A stretch of 64,000 nt of DNA, taken from a virus. Made by a program: the position numbers and the translations under genes. The notes under the pieces were generated by a model. That model saw only the letters and a list, made by a program, of their open reading frames with translations. It made no database searches and was not told the origin of the DNA. Location: positions 32,001-96,000 of IMG/VR virus record IMGVR_UViG_3300024239_000016; one strand, given 5' to 3'. How positions within the stretch are numbered: the stretch's first letter is position 1; each line of letters opens with the position of its first letter. Shown here one piece after another: positions 37,934 through 48,519 of the stretch.

Positions 37934-38725
37934 ATGAAATTCAGCTACGCGCACTTTCCGAAGGGAACAGTGTTTGAGATCGGTGAGCTCGCTACCAGAT
38001 TAACGGATAGTCAGACGCAACACGAGGTGGAGAGTTTATATTCGGTTTATCCTGGCACATATGTGATCAATACAACCAGCTTTATTGAACGGGAATACCC
38101 GATCTACAATGACGATAACACACCGTCTGGCGAGACTCGAAAAGAGCGCACTCAGGTATGCCTGAATATCGATCACGTTACAAAAATAATCAAACGTGGT
38201 GCTGGCAGTGTTGTATTTGAGGCAGAACCTGAGCCTCTAGCCAAATGGTCTATTCCCGTCAGTAAGCCCTCGAGAAGCAGCTATATCGGCTATGAAAACG
38301 TTTGTCCTTTCAGTGATGTAATTCTATCATTAGTCGAGAAGCAGTTACATACCAAGCACGATTCCTGGGTTGATATGAATCGATTGACCTTGTATGTACT
38401 CGCTCATGGTGCGATCAGACGGAAGGCTAACGGCATAAATGATCCTTTTACGGGTGACCAAATGGCCATTCGCAAAAGGAAATTGAAAAGCATAATTCGC
38501 CGAAATCTTAATCGATTTTTAATCCCGATAAGAGAAGCTGAAGCCGAATATTTGCGAGAAAGAGATAACGACTATGCCCGTGATGATCTTTTCTGGTTTC
38601 AGCATGATGTAGTCGATGAAGTTGATCAGGACGACTCAGCTGATGATGGACTGTTCGGTCATGCTCTGGATGAAAGATTCGCTCTCTCTAGCGATGATCT
38701 CCATGAGGATGAACGTAAAATCTAA
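37934..38725 (+). CDS. Hypothetical protein with acidic C-terminus
   Basis: RBS GAGGA, 263 aa. Confidence 0.8.
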   Translation: MKFSYAHFPKGTVFEIGELATRLTDSQTQHEVESLYSVYPGTYVINTTSFIEREYPIYNDDNTPSGETRKERTQVCLNIDHVTKIIKRGAGSVVFEAEPEPLAKWSIPVSKPSRSSYIGYENVCPFSDVILSLVEKQLHTKHDSWVDMNRLTLYVLAHGAIRRKANGINDPFTGDQMAIRKRKLKSIIRRNLNRFLIPIREAEAEYLRERDNDYARDDLFWFQHDVVDEVDQDDSADDGLFGHALDERFALSSDDLHEDERKI

Positions 38726-38873
38726 TTAGTTAAGCCAGAGATGCCCGTGTATTGTCTAGTCTAAAAATAGCCCCATTTGGGGCTATTTTTTTTTTATGTG
38801 TCGGCCCCATTGCAAATCTGATGACATGTTTATAAACTTTTTTCTTCCCAATAAATATACAGGAGATTAGCTC

Positions 38874-39227
38874 ATGAGCGGCGATCTGCTTACCGAAATT
38901 CGTGATGTTTTGCAAAACATCGGTATCGATATCCACACGATCTCATCTGCACTAATGCAAGTTCGAGAATTTGGTGAAGACTTAATGAGCGTTGAACGTA
39001 GCGATCGCGATGAGAATGATGTTTTTCGCATTGTGAAACACTTCCGCGATGATGGGACTCTCTATCGCAAATCGACGCTATCAGGCGGTACATCGCCAGA
39101 ATACACGTCGTATGTCATTGAGTACTATGATGCAACAGGATTGACTGTTGTACAAACTCGAGCATACACCATGACGTACAGCAATGGCGAGATGGTTTCT
39201 CGCACCTACGTGCCACCGCAGCCATAA
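38874..39227 (+). CDS. Small putative virion-associated protein
   Basis: RBS AGGAG; first gene of the fibre-like operon. Confidence 0.7.
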   Translation: MSGDLLTEIRDVLQNIGIDIHTISSALMQVREFGEDLMSVERSDRDENDVFRIVKHFRDDGTLYRKSTLSGGTSPEYTSYVIEYYDATGLTVVQTRAYTMTYSNGEMVSRTYVPPQP

Positions 39228-39239
39228 AGGAAACACAAA

Positions 39240-40532
39240 ATGCTGCAAGATTTCAGACACGGTACAGCAGTCTCCAAGAGACATATGTCAGCTCATCTAA
39301 CCACTTATTTGAAGTTAGATGAAATTGGTCAGACAATACCGCCAGTGGTTGATGGTCTAATTCCAACTGAATTCATTCCGACACCAGCTGGTACTACTGC
39401 GTTTACTATTTTAGATAAACAGAAGCTAGATGGTATCCAGGCCGAAGCTCAAAAGAACGTCGCCACTAATCTGTCACTAGGTGGTACGGACGATGTAGTC
39501 CATGTACAGAGTAGCACTGGTAATTTTGTTACTCTTCCAATAGTCTCGAATTTGCGCGCTGGTCTCATGACCAGATCTATGTTTGAGAAACTAGTTGGCA
39601 TTGAGGAGGGTGCTCAGAAGTGGCGATTGCCGACACTTACCGAACTCAATCTAGATCAGGTGGACAACACACCAGATTCGAATAAGCCAGTTAGCGTATC
39701 GCAGCAAGCGGCGTTAGATCTCAAAGAACCATCGATCACTGCTGGTACAATTGCCCAGTATTTTTCAGGTACTAAGACATGGCGTAACCTTGCCGCAGAT
39801 GTCCGTAATGTAGTTCTCACTGGACTATCGGCAGGTGTGGCTAGCGCGATTATAGCTACTGATACATTGCTGGAAGCTTTGGCTAAGTTGCAAAAACAGC
39901 TAGATGCAAAAGAGAACGCACTAAGCCCAGGTAACGCCACGCAATATTTCAAAGGGGATAAAACCCTGGGTAGTTTTGTAGATGATGTAAAAACTGCAGC
40001 AATTCAATCTGTCCTGACAGGTATCTCGTTCATTTCCGGAACAGCTGTAGTTGAAACAGATTCCATTCTGGTAGCTATTGGAAAGCTACAGAACAGAATC
40101 AATCATTTCACGACTGTCACCAATGCCCTAATGGCCGAGCTGATCAACAAAGCGTCACTGGCGCAGGCCAATGATTTTCAGCAAAAGATGTCAGTAGCCG
40201 GTACACTGACCGTTTACGCTGGAGCGTTCACTCCGTCTGTACCTTTGCAGTTCAGTGCGGCTGGGATAAATATTGACCCTGCGGCATCAAACTCATTTGA
40301 GGTGGGTACGCTCACTGCCAATACATCTCTTGTAATAGACTCAGGCGTCACTGGCCAAACCATCCAAATTCGGTTTCAGCAGGATGGAATCGGCAATAGG
40401 ACTGTATCGTTGCCGGCTGACGTAAAAGCATCAGGTACTTTGTTAGCGACAGCAAATAGAGCCAGCTGGTTGTGTGTTACTAAAGCAGCCAATGGTAATT
40501 GGGAAGGAAACTGGTTCCAGGTACCTTCCTGA
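39240..40532 (+). CDS. Putative tail-fibre/fibre-shaft protein
   Basis: KxKLDGI repeats, L.QVDNT.D.NKPVS..QQ.ALD, duplicated QYF.G.KT...TD..L.A..KLQ units, C-terminal QDG.G.RT domain. Confidence 0.7.
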   Translation: MLQDFRHGTAVSKRHMSAHLTTYLKLDEIGQTIPPVVDGLIPTEFIPTPAGTTAFTILDKQKLDGIQAEAQKNVATNLSLGGTDDVVHVQSSTGNFVTLPIVSNLRAGLMTRSMFEKLVGIEEGAQKWRLPTLTELNLDQVDNTPDSNKPVSVSQQAALDLKEPSITAGTIAQYFSGTKTWRNLAADVRNVVLTGLSAGVASAIIATDTLLEALAKLQKQLDAKENALSPGNATQYFKGDKTLGSFVDDVKTAAIQSVLTGISFISGTAVVETDSILVAIGKLQNRINHFTTVTNALMAELINKASLAQANDFQQKMSVAGTLTVYAGAFTPSVPLQFSAAGINIDPAASNSFEVGTLTANTSLVIDSGVTGQTIQIRFQQDGIGNRTVSLPADVKASGTLLATANRASWLCVTKAANGNWEGNWFQVPS

Positions 40533-40595
40533 AAATCTAATGATTTTATACATCCAGGGCAGTGCCCTGGATGTATTGTTTCGGAGATATAAATC

Positions 40596-41579
40596 ATGAG
40601 TTTTGCAGTAAGATCTTTATTCGGAATGGCAGATAGCGGACCGGTATATCCACCAAACAAATATATAGCGAAGATAATTCCGGACGCTCCGATCGATACA
40701 AATCGAAAGGTGACGTTAAGTTTTATTAGCGTTGGAGAAAAGTTAATTGACTGGGGCGACGGTCAGACCTCAATTGCTCCTTCAGGATCAGTTAATGTAT
40801 CGCATTCGTATGCGCAATCTTCGAATGAGCTCACTCTGACCATAGAAGGCGGAACAATATCCGCTATAGTTTTTCAGGGTACCGAAGCACTTCGATCAGT
40901 GGAGTCATACGGAAATTACCAATTATCTCAGCACCTCTTCACATCATCTAGAAAACTCATACGAGTGCCAGTACCTCCCGCATCATTTAGATCGATGTTA
41001 AACATGTTTAACTCGTGTAGCGAATTTAATCAAGATATTGGTGACTGGGATACCTCGCTCATAACTAACATGCGAGGTATGTTCTCTGGAGCATCTGCAT
41101 TTAACCAGGATATAGGTGGCTGGAATACCGGATCAGTTACTACGATGGAGAGCATGTTTCAAAATGCAATCTCTTTCAATCAGGATCTAAGTATGTGGGA
41201 TGTGAGATTGATACCCCAGGCAGCGCCGGCGTTTGATCTGAACACACCGGCCTGGAATAAGCTAAATCGCCAGCCGATTTGGGGAACGGCCGGCAATCAA
41301 CCAATTGAATTAGATTGGATAAATCGAGATCCAGCCAGCGGTGAACATTACCAAATAAACGTATCGCATTGGGCGGAAAATCGTCCAATATTATCGGAAT
41401 ACAATAATTACTCTGTTCTATGGAATGGCACTACAATCTATACCCAGAATACACCAAATCAACTACCTCCTGATTACGTAGATGTAGGAGGGTATCGATA
41501 CTTTAAAGGAACGTATCGAGAAGGTGATCCTGGCTTTGGTGCGTATTTTCACGGAATCTATAGAGTACCAATTGTCTAA
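40596..41579 (+). CDS. BspA-like/DUF285 surface-repeat protein with PKD-like N-terminus
   Basis: IDWGDG; tandem FNQDIG.W.T..(I/V)T.M..MF repeats of about 25 aa. Confidence 0.85.
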   Translation: MSFAVRSLFGMADSGPVYPPNKYIAKIIPDAPIDTNRKVTLSFISVGEKLIDWGDGQTSIAPSGSVNVSHSYAQSSNELTLTIEGGTISAIVFQGTEALRSVESYGNYQLSQHLFTSSRKLIRVPVPPASFRSMLNMFNSCSEFNQDIGDWDTSLITNMRGMFSGASAFNQDIGGWNTGSVTTMESMFQNAISFNQDLSMWDVRLIPQAAPAFDLNTPAWNKLNRQPIWGTAGNQPIELDWINRDPASGEHYQINVSHWAENRPILSEYNNYSVLWNGTTIYTQNTPNQLPPDYVDVGGYRYFKGTYREGDPGFGAYFHGIYRVPIV

Positions 41580-41612
41580 AGTTTCTTTTTAACTTAATCA
41601 GGGATATGTAAA

Positions 41613-42740
41613 ATGGCTGGTTTCTTAGAGCTGCATAATTTACGGAGGGTGATCGCTAATCCCAATATTCAAAGACCGTGGGTGCGATCCCCTCTTTACT
41701 TACATTTACCAGAGATTCAAGCGCAAGACCAGCGATTCGTTGGTCTATACGCTATTTTTCCAACAAATAGCTATCTTGCCTTCAGATGCCACGGCAACTA
41801 TGTCGTCGATTGGGGCGATGGTCAGATTCAATCATTTTGGGGCGGTCAGGCTGCTGAGCATTTTTATAATTTCAGCAGCATACCGACATCTACAATTGAA
41901 GATCGGGGTTTCAAACAAGTCATTGTTCAAATCTACCCTCAGTCAAATCAGAATCTTACATCTATTGATTTGAATGTCAAGCACAGCTCAGCAACTGGTC
42001 CAGCCTCTTTAATGACCGGATGGACTGATATCGAAGTCAATGCTCCTCAGCTGACTTCTCTGCAGATTGGTGGTAGTTGGTCGGCTATTCAGCATAGATT
42101 GCTCGAGCAATTTGCACTCACTAGTTCTAAACTAGCCGATTTTAGTTACTTCTTTAATCAGTGTTCAGCTCTGAGAAAAGTAGTAGCTCTAGAAACATCA
42201 GTGTCAATCACGACAATTGAAGGCATGTATCGTAATTGTCACTCCCTTGATGAAATTGTTACGATGGATGGGGCCAACGTATCTAGTTTCAGATACCTAT
42301 TTGAGAATTGCTATAAACTCAGAAAGTTACCGGAGTTAAATTACAGCAATGTAACAAACATGAGCTACATGTGTGCAGGCTGCGTATCGCTCGAATCGAC
42401 TCCAGTTATCCCATCAGCTAAAGCCACTAATGCTGCTTATATGTTCAGCGGTTGCGCTAACTTAAATCAGATCACAGACATCAATATGTCTAAAGTCACA
42501 AGTGCCGGATCGATGTTTGCCGACTGCGTGTCGCTCAAAAAGGCCATTCTGAGCGGCGCTAAAACTGACCTAGATCTAAGCGATGCTAAGCTGTCTATCA
42601 TCGATCTACTTGCTCTCTTCGGTAGTCTTGGGTCTACCAGTAACAAGATTATTAACGTCTCAGGTAGTTGGGGGTCAGCGGCCCTAACAGCAGCTCAACG
42701 TAACATAGCTCTGAATAAGGGCTGGACAATCATTGGTTAA
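41613..42740 (+). CDS. BspA-like leucine-rich-repeat protein
   Basis: VDWGDG; repeats of (M/F)F..C..L; C-terminal IALNKGWTI cap. Confidence 0.8.
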   Translation: MAGFLELHNLRRVIANPNIQRPWVRSPLYLHLPEIQAQDQRFVGLYAIFPTNSYLAFRCHGNYVVDWGDGQIQSFWGGQAAEHFYNFSSIPTSTIEDRGFKQVIVQIYPQSNQNLTSIDLNVKHSSATGPASLMTGWTDIEVNAPQLTSLQIGGSWSAIQHRLLEQFALTSSKLADFSYFFNQCSALRKVVALETSVSITTIEGMYRNCHSLDEIVTMDGANVSSFRYLFENCYKLRKLPELNYSNVTNMSYMCAGCVSLESTPVIPSAKATNAAYMFSGCANLNQITDINMSKVTSAGSMFADCVSLKKAILSGAKTDLDLSDAKLSIIDLLALFGSLGSTSNKIINVSGSWGSAALTAAQRNIALNKGWTIIG

Positions 42741-42749
42741 GGAAACAAC

Positions 42750-43181
42750 ATGGCTTTCTATAAAAAGTTAGATACCGGAGAAATCGCAAGTGCTGGATTA
42801 TTCGTTTACGGTATTAATTACACGCTCACTGCTGACAATTTAGCTAATCTCAATTTACCAATCGACGGATGGCATTGGTTTGAAACTCGGACTGAGGCCG
42901 AGACTAAGCTCAATCGTGTCACCAGACTCATGAAGAGTCAGGCTAAGTTAGCTTTAGCTGCGACTCCGTCAGCCCAGTACCCTGGCAAGAGTTTGTACGA
43001 TCTGATCGAGATCTACATGTCTCAGCCAACAACTCCAGCCCAGCACAAAATCGCTTGGTACGATACACAGATATTCGAAAGGGATTCGCCGTCTCTTCTC
43101 CTTATCGCGCAGATGTTCCAACTGACTGATGAACAAATAGATGAACTATTTGCTCTCGGTGCGACGTTTGAAACTTTCTAA
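42750..43181 (+). CDS. Putative fibre-associated/assembly protein
   Basis: PIDGWHWF and C-terminal W....F.R.SP.L......L..EQIDELF..G motif of phage tail-associated proteins. Confidence 0.65.
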   Translation: MAFYKKLDTGEIASAGLFVYGINYTLTADNLANLNLPIDGWHWFETRTEAETKLNRVTRLMKSQAKLALAATPSAQYPGKSLYDLIEIYMSQPTTPAQHKIAWYDTQIFERDSPSLLLIAQMFQLTDEQIDELFALGATFETF

Positions 43182-43301
43182 AATATACATACCAGGCCAA
43201 TGGGCCTGGTATGTATTTAAATTTATTGTACTTACATATTACGACCATGAGAGCAATGTATTCTCTCATATTCTTTTAATTTCTCTAGGAAACTAGCCGT
43301 C

Positions 43302-43772
43302 ATGGAAACAGTACCAGAAGTAGAAGAAGTTCCAAAAGTAGCAAAACCGATGCCGTGGGACTGGATGGACCTGACAGAAAATGCTCTTAATCGAGCATTG
43401 ACTGGATTCAATCTTTCCTGTCAAAAGAAAATCAGCGCGCCGTTCGAATCGGTCGAAGAAGAAAAATTCTATTACTATCTCCTCGGCCGCAACAGCGTCC
43501 AATCGTGGGATTTGCGCAAACCCTACATCATCACCTCTGGGCTACTGACTGATCAGACTCTGGCTTCAAGTCCAGCCCAGCATCGGCGTGTACCCGATGC
43601 AAGGAAGGAAGCAGAGCGTCTTTCCAAGAAGCACAAAGACACTCCCTTCTATATCTGGGGTGCAGTCGGTGCGTATGTCAATGGCCAAGCCGTGCAGTTC
43701 TCACCAGCACTACATCAGTTCCAGCTTCAATCAACGACCAACCAGGACGATGACAATGAGACCAATCTTTGA
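43302..43772 (+). CDS. Hypothetical protein
   Basis: 156 aa, CATATTAC upstream. Confidence 0.7.
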   Translation: METVPEVEEVPKVAKPMPWDWMDLTENALNRALTGFNLSCQKKISAPFESVEEEKFYYYLLGRNSVQSWDLRKPYIITSGLLTDQTLASSPAQHRRVPDARKEAERLSKKHKDTPFYIWGAVGAYVNGQAVQFSPALHQFQLQSTTNQDDDNETNL

Positions 43773-44169
43773 ACGCATTGTGGGCGCTGAAAATAATACC
43801 AGCAGCTCTTACAACCGCAATACACCTGAACGCATTTCTACGCCAGCATCGCGACCACTGCCGGATGAAGCAACAGTCTGGCAATTTGTGGCCATCGGTA
43901 AGCCGAACATCGCTATGACGCTACCTGAGCTGAAGGAATCCACCATTCGCAATACAGCGATCAAGTACGCCACCAAGCTCATGGAAAACATGTTTGTCGG
44001 CCAGAACAACAAAGATGTTTGCGTTGTGGCTTATGCTCGTGTGGGCCTGGCAATTTGGCGAGAGCAGTTTCATATCGGCTACAATCACGAACTGAATCGT
44101 ATTGAAGTTGTTCCGTACACCATTCCGGGCGTCTTCAAAGAAGCAATCAAAATGCTTCGGGTTTATTAA
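43756..44169 (+). CDS. Hypothetical protein, paralogue of 44232-44564
   Basis: ATG 43756 (or 43750) after AGGA; WQFVAI...WR..F. Confidence 0.7.
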   Translation: MRPIFERIVGAENNTSSSYNRNTPERISTPASRPLPDEATVWQFVAIGKPNIAMTLPELKESTIRNTAIKYATKLMENMFVGQNNKDVCVVAYARVGLAIWREQFHIGYNHELNRIEVVPYTIPGVFKEAIKMLRVY

Positions 44170-44231
44170 ACTCCAGCATATATGCCCGGCAATGCCGGGC
44201 ATATATGCTTAACGACAGAAGGTAGATACCC

Positions 44232-44564
44232 ATGAAAAAAGCCGCGATTCGCGATTTCACCAAGATACCTACTAATTGGCAGTTTGTTGTTATTGCCAAT
44301 GATGGTAATGCCATTGCATTACCAGTTAACAGAACTCCAATGATTTTAGCAGGCGCTATTCATTTAACAGAACAGCGAATGAAGTCGGACATTACCGCTG
44401 GCGCCCTGCAGCCATATGTCATCTACGGTATAGCGTTGATTGGCATTGGCAACTGGCGCATTGTGTTTGCCAGGCAATATAGCGACGGTAACATCACCCC
44501 TCGGCTGGTCGATCTCACCGAAGAGACAAATGCAAAAATAATGCGGTGCATCTACCCATTTTGA
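44232..44564 (+). CDS. Hypothetical protein, paralogue of 43756-44169
   Basis: WQFVVI...WR..F. Confidence 0.7.
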   Translation: MKKAAIRDFTKIPTNWQFVVIANDGNAIALPVNRTPMILAGAIHLTEQRMKSDITAGALQPYVIYGIALIGIGNWRIVFARQYSDGNITPRLVDLTEETNAKIMRCIYPF

Positions 44565-44632
44565 TGTAGAGCACGCGGCCAAGATCTCCTGGCCGCGTGC
44601 TCCTTTTTTTTTATGTGCTTTAGCCATTTATA

Positions 44633-44702
44633 TTTACATATAACAGCATTGATAAGCTTTAGCAACATCGCTAAAGAGATCATCCATGCCAAGGAGAAAA
44701 TC
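44633..44702 (+). promoter_or_regulatory. Early-promoter/hairpin/RBS leader cassette, copy 2
   Basis: Near-identical to 13234-13301. Confidence 0.65.
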
Positions 44703-45161
44703 ATGGAAAAGCAAATTGCTCGTCGCGCCAAGCGTTTTACAGAAGTGTATGAGGCTGCCGAACAGATTCCATTCAAAACGGAATGGTCCAATGGCACCGG
44801 CTATTTCAACTTCGCAGTTGGCGCCAGTCGCCGCCCATCGCCGCATGCCCCGGTAATTCCGGTTGGCGAGGTTCGTGCATCAGCGACACCGACCGGCCGC
44901 CGGTTGTTGTTCATCTCGACCTATCTCGGTCTGATGGTGATCTTTGATCGCTATGACGATCGTAAAGATGTCTTCACTTACAATGAAGACGACCGAATTC
45001 GGTCGGGACGCTGGGTATCGGAGCGTGCTATTTCGGACGACGACATGGAGTTCCTTCTTGGGCTCCAAGGCGCATCTACGATCCGGGGTGGTATCGCTGA
45101 TGTGATTCGTGAAGTTCGCGAGCACATCATCACAGACCTCAAGAAAGGAAAGGGGGCGTGA
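44703..45161 (+). CDS. Hypothetical protein (EW.NGTGYF motif)
   Basis: ATG 44703 after AAGGAG. Confidence 0.8.
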   Translation: MEKQIARRAKRFTEVYEAAEQIPFKTEWSNGTGYFNFAVGASRRPSPHAPVIPVGEVRASATPTGRRLLFISTYLGLMVIFDRYDDRKDVFTYNEDDRIRSGRWVSERAISDDDMEFLLGLQGASTIRGGIADVIREVREHIITDLKKGKGA

Positions 45162-45162
45162 G

Positions 45163-45522
45163 ATGAAAATCAAGTTTAACAGCTCCTTGCCCGATGCCCC
45201 AGGTTTCTCCAAGGAGACTTCGACTGAAGAATTGCTGGCAATCTTCTTGTCAATCTCTCAGCTGGTCAAGGATTGTCATAGCGATCCAGTCATTCATCAG
45301 TGGGTATTTCTCAACGGATACATTTTCATCCTTGGCAACTTCGGCAAACTGGCGTTCAATAGAACGTTTACCGCTAAGCTGTCAACCGCAACATCCGTGT
45401 GGATTGGAGACCACAATGGCCAAAAGATCCGAATGGATTCGCCAAATGAGTTTGGTATATCGACCCTGCTAACACTTTTGGGTCGCGCGCCATATGGCGT
45501 GTATCAGATCGACGAGGAATGA
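45163..45522 (+). CDS. Hypothetical protein
   Basis: ATG 45163 immediately after the previous stop. Confidence 0.7.
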   Translation: MKIKFNSSLPDAPGFSKETSTEELLAIFLSISQLVKDCHSDPVIHQWVFLNGYIFILGNFGKLAFNRTFTAKLSTATSVWIGDHNGQKIRMDSPNEFGISTLLTLLGRAPYGVYQIDEE

Positions 45523-45619
45523 AGATGGACAGTGCTGAATTGTGTTTTGTAGCGTCATTGGTTGGTCTGGCTGTATTTTCTATCTACCAGATCAGTAAAC
45601 TTTTTTGAAGGAGAAAATC

Positions 45620-46135
45620 GTGTTGAACCAAATCAAAGCAGTGGTGTTTTGGGCAGTTGTCGCAGTTACTGCTCTTGTTCTCACTGGTTGCAGTGATGAA
45701 GCCAAGACGACTGATACCAAGTCGCCGACCGGCGTAGTTGTTGCCGCTGTGGATGAGAATCCCGGCTGGCTCAGCTCTTTTGGCCAGGGCGTGCATGAGT
45801 ACAGCGCGGCCAGTTCTACCGGTCAGCTGACAATCGCTTGTATGGATGGTGACAATGTCCATGCCATTGCCACTATCTCCGGCCAGGATTACTCATCCCT
45901 GACCTATGAAAGCCAGTTTGACGTTGAACTGGATGGTGTTGTGATCGAAGCCCCGTTTGCTCTCCCGAGTCGTGGTGATGGCGAAAAGGCTGATGTCTTC
46001 TGGGCTGCTATGCGCAACGCAAAAACCATAGCAGTGATCAAAAATGGGCAACGTGCTGAGATTCCCACCAAGGGAATCAAGGAGACAGTTCCCGAGTTGA
46101 ATAGCGCCGCTAGCGCTTGCCAGCTCACGTGGTGA
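45620..46135 (+). CDS. Predicted lipoprotein
   Basis: GTG after AAGGAG, hydrophobic signal peptide and lipobox LTGC; terminator at about 46139-46169. Confidence 0.75.
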   Translation: MLNQIKAVVFWAVVAVTALVLTGCSDEAKTTDTKSPTGVVVAAVDENPGWLSSFGQGVHEYSAASSTGQLTIACMDGDNVHAIATISGQDYSSLTYESQFDVELDGVVIEAPFALPSRGDGEKADVFWAAMRNAKTIAVIKNGQRAEIPTKGIKETVPELNSAASACQLTW

Positions 46136-46230
46136 TTAAGAGCCCCCTGAACGGGGGGCTTTTTTTTTTACTTTAAAAAAAATAATAAGTGTATATTACT
46201 AAAGTGTTACAACCTACGGAGTGACTTAAA

Positions 46231-46545
46231 ATGGAAATCGAAATTGGTGATCGTTCTGTCAGCCACTTACGAGTCTGCGACGAATGTGAGGGTGTGTATT
46301 CCAAGAGCATTGAACCGAACCAAGAGGAGTGGGAAGATATTCTGAGAAAGGCAGAATTAGGACTACTCATCATTACCGAATCGGCAGATGATATCGATGT
46401 TCGTGAATCGTATTTCGTTTGTGCCGATTGCAATAATTCCACCCACATAGATGATACTAGCGGAGAAGATCTCCGTAAACCGGAAGATGACGAAATCATC
46501 TTTCCCCACCCGTTTTTCAAAGCTGATTTTACCAAGCCAAAATAA
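46231..46545 (+). CDS. Acidic Zn-finger-like protein (two CxxC)
   Basis: CDEC and CADC; TATATTAC upstream. Confidence 0.7.
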   Translation: MEIEIGDRSVSHLRVCDECEGVYSKSIEPNQEEWEDILRKAELGLLIITESADDIDVRESYFVCADCNNSTHIDDTSGEDLRKPEDDEIIFPHPFFKADFTKPK

Positions 46546-46599
46546 TGTTTACAAAAAAACAGGCCTTGGCTCAGCTATTTCCAAATGTAAAGGAAAATC

Positions 46600-47343
46600 A
46601 TGACCAAGTTTGCCATTGTCTCTACCAAGCTGGTAGATCCGAAACACGATGAGATTTTGCAACTCAGTAGCCTAGTCAATGAAATTAAGCTGCTGAGAAA
46701 CCCCGAAGAAAAGATTGAATTACTCGATCTGGATACCGATAGCCGTTCATGGGAAGACCCAATAACTATCCAGATTGACCCATTCACCTACAACTACCAA
46801 CATCACTTTGTTTATAAGCTGACAAATCAGCTCGGTAAAACATGGTATTTTGGTGGTCGCGATATCAGCTTTCTAGCTCTGGTCGCGCTTGCTGTTCAGC
46901 GCAATGTGTCTTTTGTACCTGGCGAAGGTAGCGAGTATTTCTGGTTACTGAATAAGCATGTGGCTGTTTCCAGAACGATCGACCGAGTAGATCATGGGTC
47001 AAGAAGGATCTACGCGCAGACTGTTATTTCCGATCTCATCGGAAGTGATGAAGTCATCGAAAACTTCTTACGTGGCAGGACGTTGAGCTCTGTTGCAGCC
47101 CAAGCACAAGAAGTTTTTGAGCAGTTGCTGATTCAACGCAATAGTCAGCAGTGCGGTTGTATTCCACAGCACCATCTTTTCTATATGGTACTTGAGGATC
47201 ACGTACTGGGAGTAAACAACGACGACTATACTGAGAAGCGCTACTTTGAGCAATTCAAAGATCGCCTAAACTTGCGCGATAAAGATCGCCTGAACTCGAT
47301 CAATGAAGCGTGGGAAAAGTATTGGTTGAAATCTGGAATTTAA
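46600..47343 (+). CDS. Hypothetical protein
   Basis: RBS AAGGA, 247 aa. Confidence 0.8.
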   Translation: MTKFAIVSTKLVDPKHDEILQLSSLVNEIKLLRNPEEKIELLDLDTDSRSWEDPITIQIDPFTYNYQHHFVYKLTNQLGKTWYFGGRDISFLALVALAVQRNVSFVPGEGSEYFWLLNKHVAVSRTIDRVDHGSRRIYAQTVISDLIGSDEVIENFLRGRTLSSVAAQAQEVFEQLLIQRNSQQCGCIPQHHLFYMVLEDHVLGVNNDDYTEKRYFEQFKDRLNLRDKDRLNSINEAWEKYWLKSGI

Positions 47344-47381
47344 TACATGGCGCCCTAAGGGCGCCATGTATTTTTATTTTA

Positions 47382-47861
47382 TTAAAATTTACGCTTTTCC
47401 AATTCCCATTTAAGGGCATTTACTATTGGGCGCTTAGGATTAGTAGCAAGCCTATAAGCTGTAACTCCAGCCATGATAAGCTTATGCCGCCATTTCTCAA
47501 CACCCAGAACTTTCATCGCCTCATCGAAAATTTCATCGATCTCTTTACGATCGATTGTTTCCACAGAAACCACACCATCGCGAATACGCGTGCACATATA
47601 TCGCTCGCACAAATAATCATGCAGAACAGTAGCTTGTCCGTAAGATCCCCAAGCTGGGATCAGAGTGTTCACTGGAAAGAAAACACTAGCGCCATCGGAT
47701 AAAAATCCAGCCGGTACATCTACCCAGCGGGCCGATCCTAGCGCACCAATGTAATAACGAAAAGCATGCGCTGTCCGCCAATAATCCTTACCCAGTGCGA
47801 CAGATGCTTCTTTATCGTAAATCATCGCAGATGGACTATCGAAAAGTGTAAAGCTGCTCAT
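47382..47861 (-). CDS. DUF1353-family protein
   Basis: VPAGFLSDGASV...YGQATVLHDYL...R.E.D.IF.EAM..LGV. Confidence 0.85.
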   Translation of the reverse strand: MSSFTLFDSPSAMIYDKEASVALGKDYWRTAHAFRYYIGALGSARWVDVPAGFLSDGASVFFPVNTLIPAWGSYGQATVLHDYLCERYMCTRIRDGVVSVETIDRKEIDEIFDEAMKVLGVEKWRHKLIMAGVTAYRLATNPKRPIVNALKWELEKRKF

Positions 47862-47945
47862 TAGCGCCCCCTAAATGTTTTTAATGCTCATTAAATACAG
47901 TAAAAAATAGTAGCAGCTATAACTGAGATGACCGGAGGATAGTAA

Positions 47946-48503
47946 GTGATCGATTCCCTTCTAAAGAATTTTAACGAGCCATCATTTGCATTGTTAAAAG
48001 CGATTGCTAATAAACCAATGCAAGTATCGTATATTTCATTTAAACAAGAGGTAGGATTCTACGCAGCTGTTGTAAGTGGATTTTCACTTAAGTCATTAAT
48101 TAGAGATTTGGAAGGGCTAACTGGAGATGAGTTAGAGAACTTTATAACTACAATCTCATTGATCGTTGGCGAGTTTCTGTACGAGTATATCACCATTGGA
48201 ATGGATGTAATTCTTGCGACTTGCTCTAATCCAAGTAAAAACAACTACAATCATTTCAGTCAATCTTCTACCAATGAACTTACAAAAACAATCCTAAGAA
48301 AATACATAGAAGAAAGAATAAAAACCAAAAGCACTGATTTTGATAAATTAACGTTTACCCTAATCGCTGAGACAGATAGCGAACAGAATTACGGCAAAGA
48401 TGTAACTGGATTTGTTTTTAAAGCATCAGTGATAAATCCTGATAACCCTAATAAAGAAACGCGCAAGCTAATCTCTTGCGAGCTAAGATATCGATGCAAT
48501 TAA
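47946..48503 (+). CDS. Hypothetical protein
   Basis: RBS GGAGG, GTG start. Confidence 0.7.
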   Translation: MIDSLLKNFNEPSFALLKAIANKPMQVSYISFKQEVGFYAAVVSGFSLKSLIRDLEGLTGDELENFITTISLIVGEFLYEYITIGMDVILATCSNPSKNNYNHFSQSSTNELTKTILRKYIEERIKTKSTDFDKLTFTLIAETDSEQNYGKDVTGFVFKASVINPDNPNKETRKLISCELRYRCN

Positions 48504-48519
48504 ATAACAAGGAGCGCTA

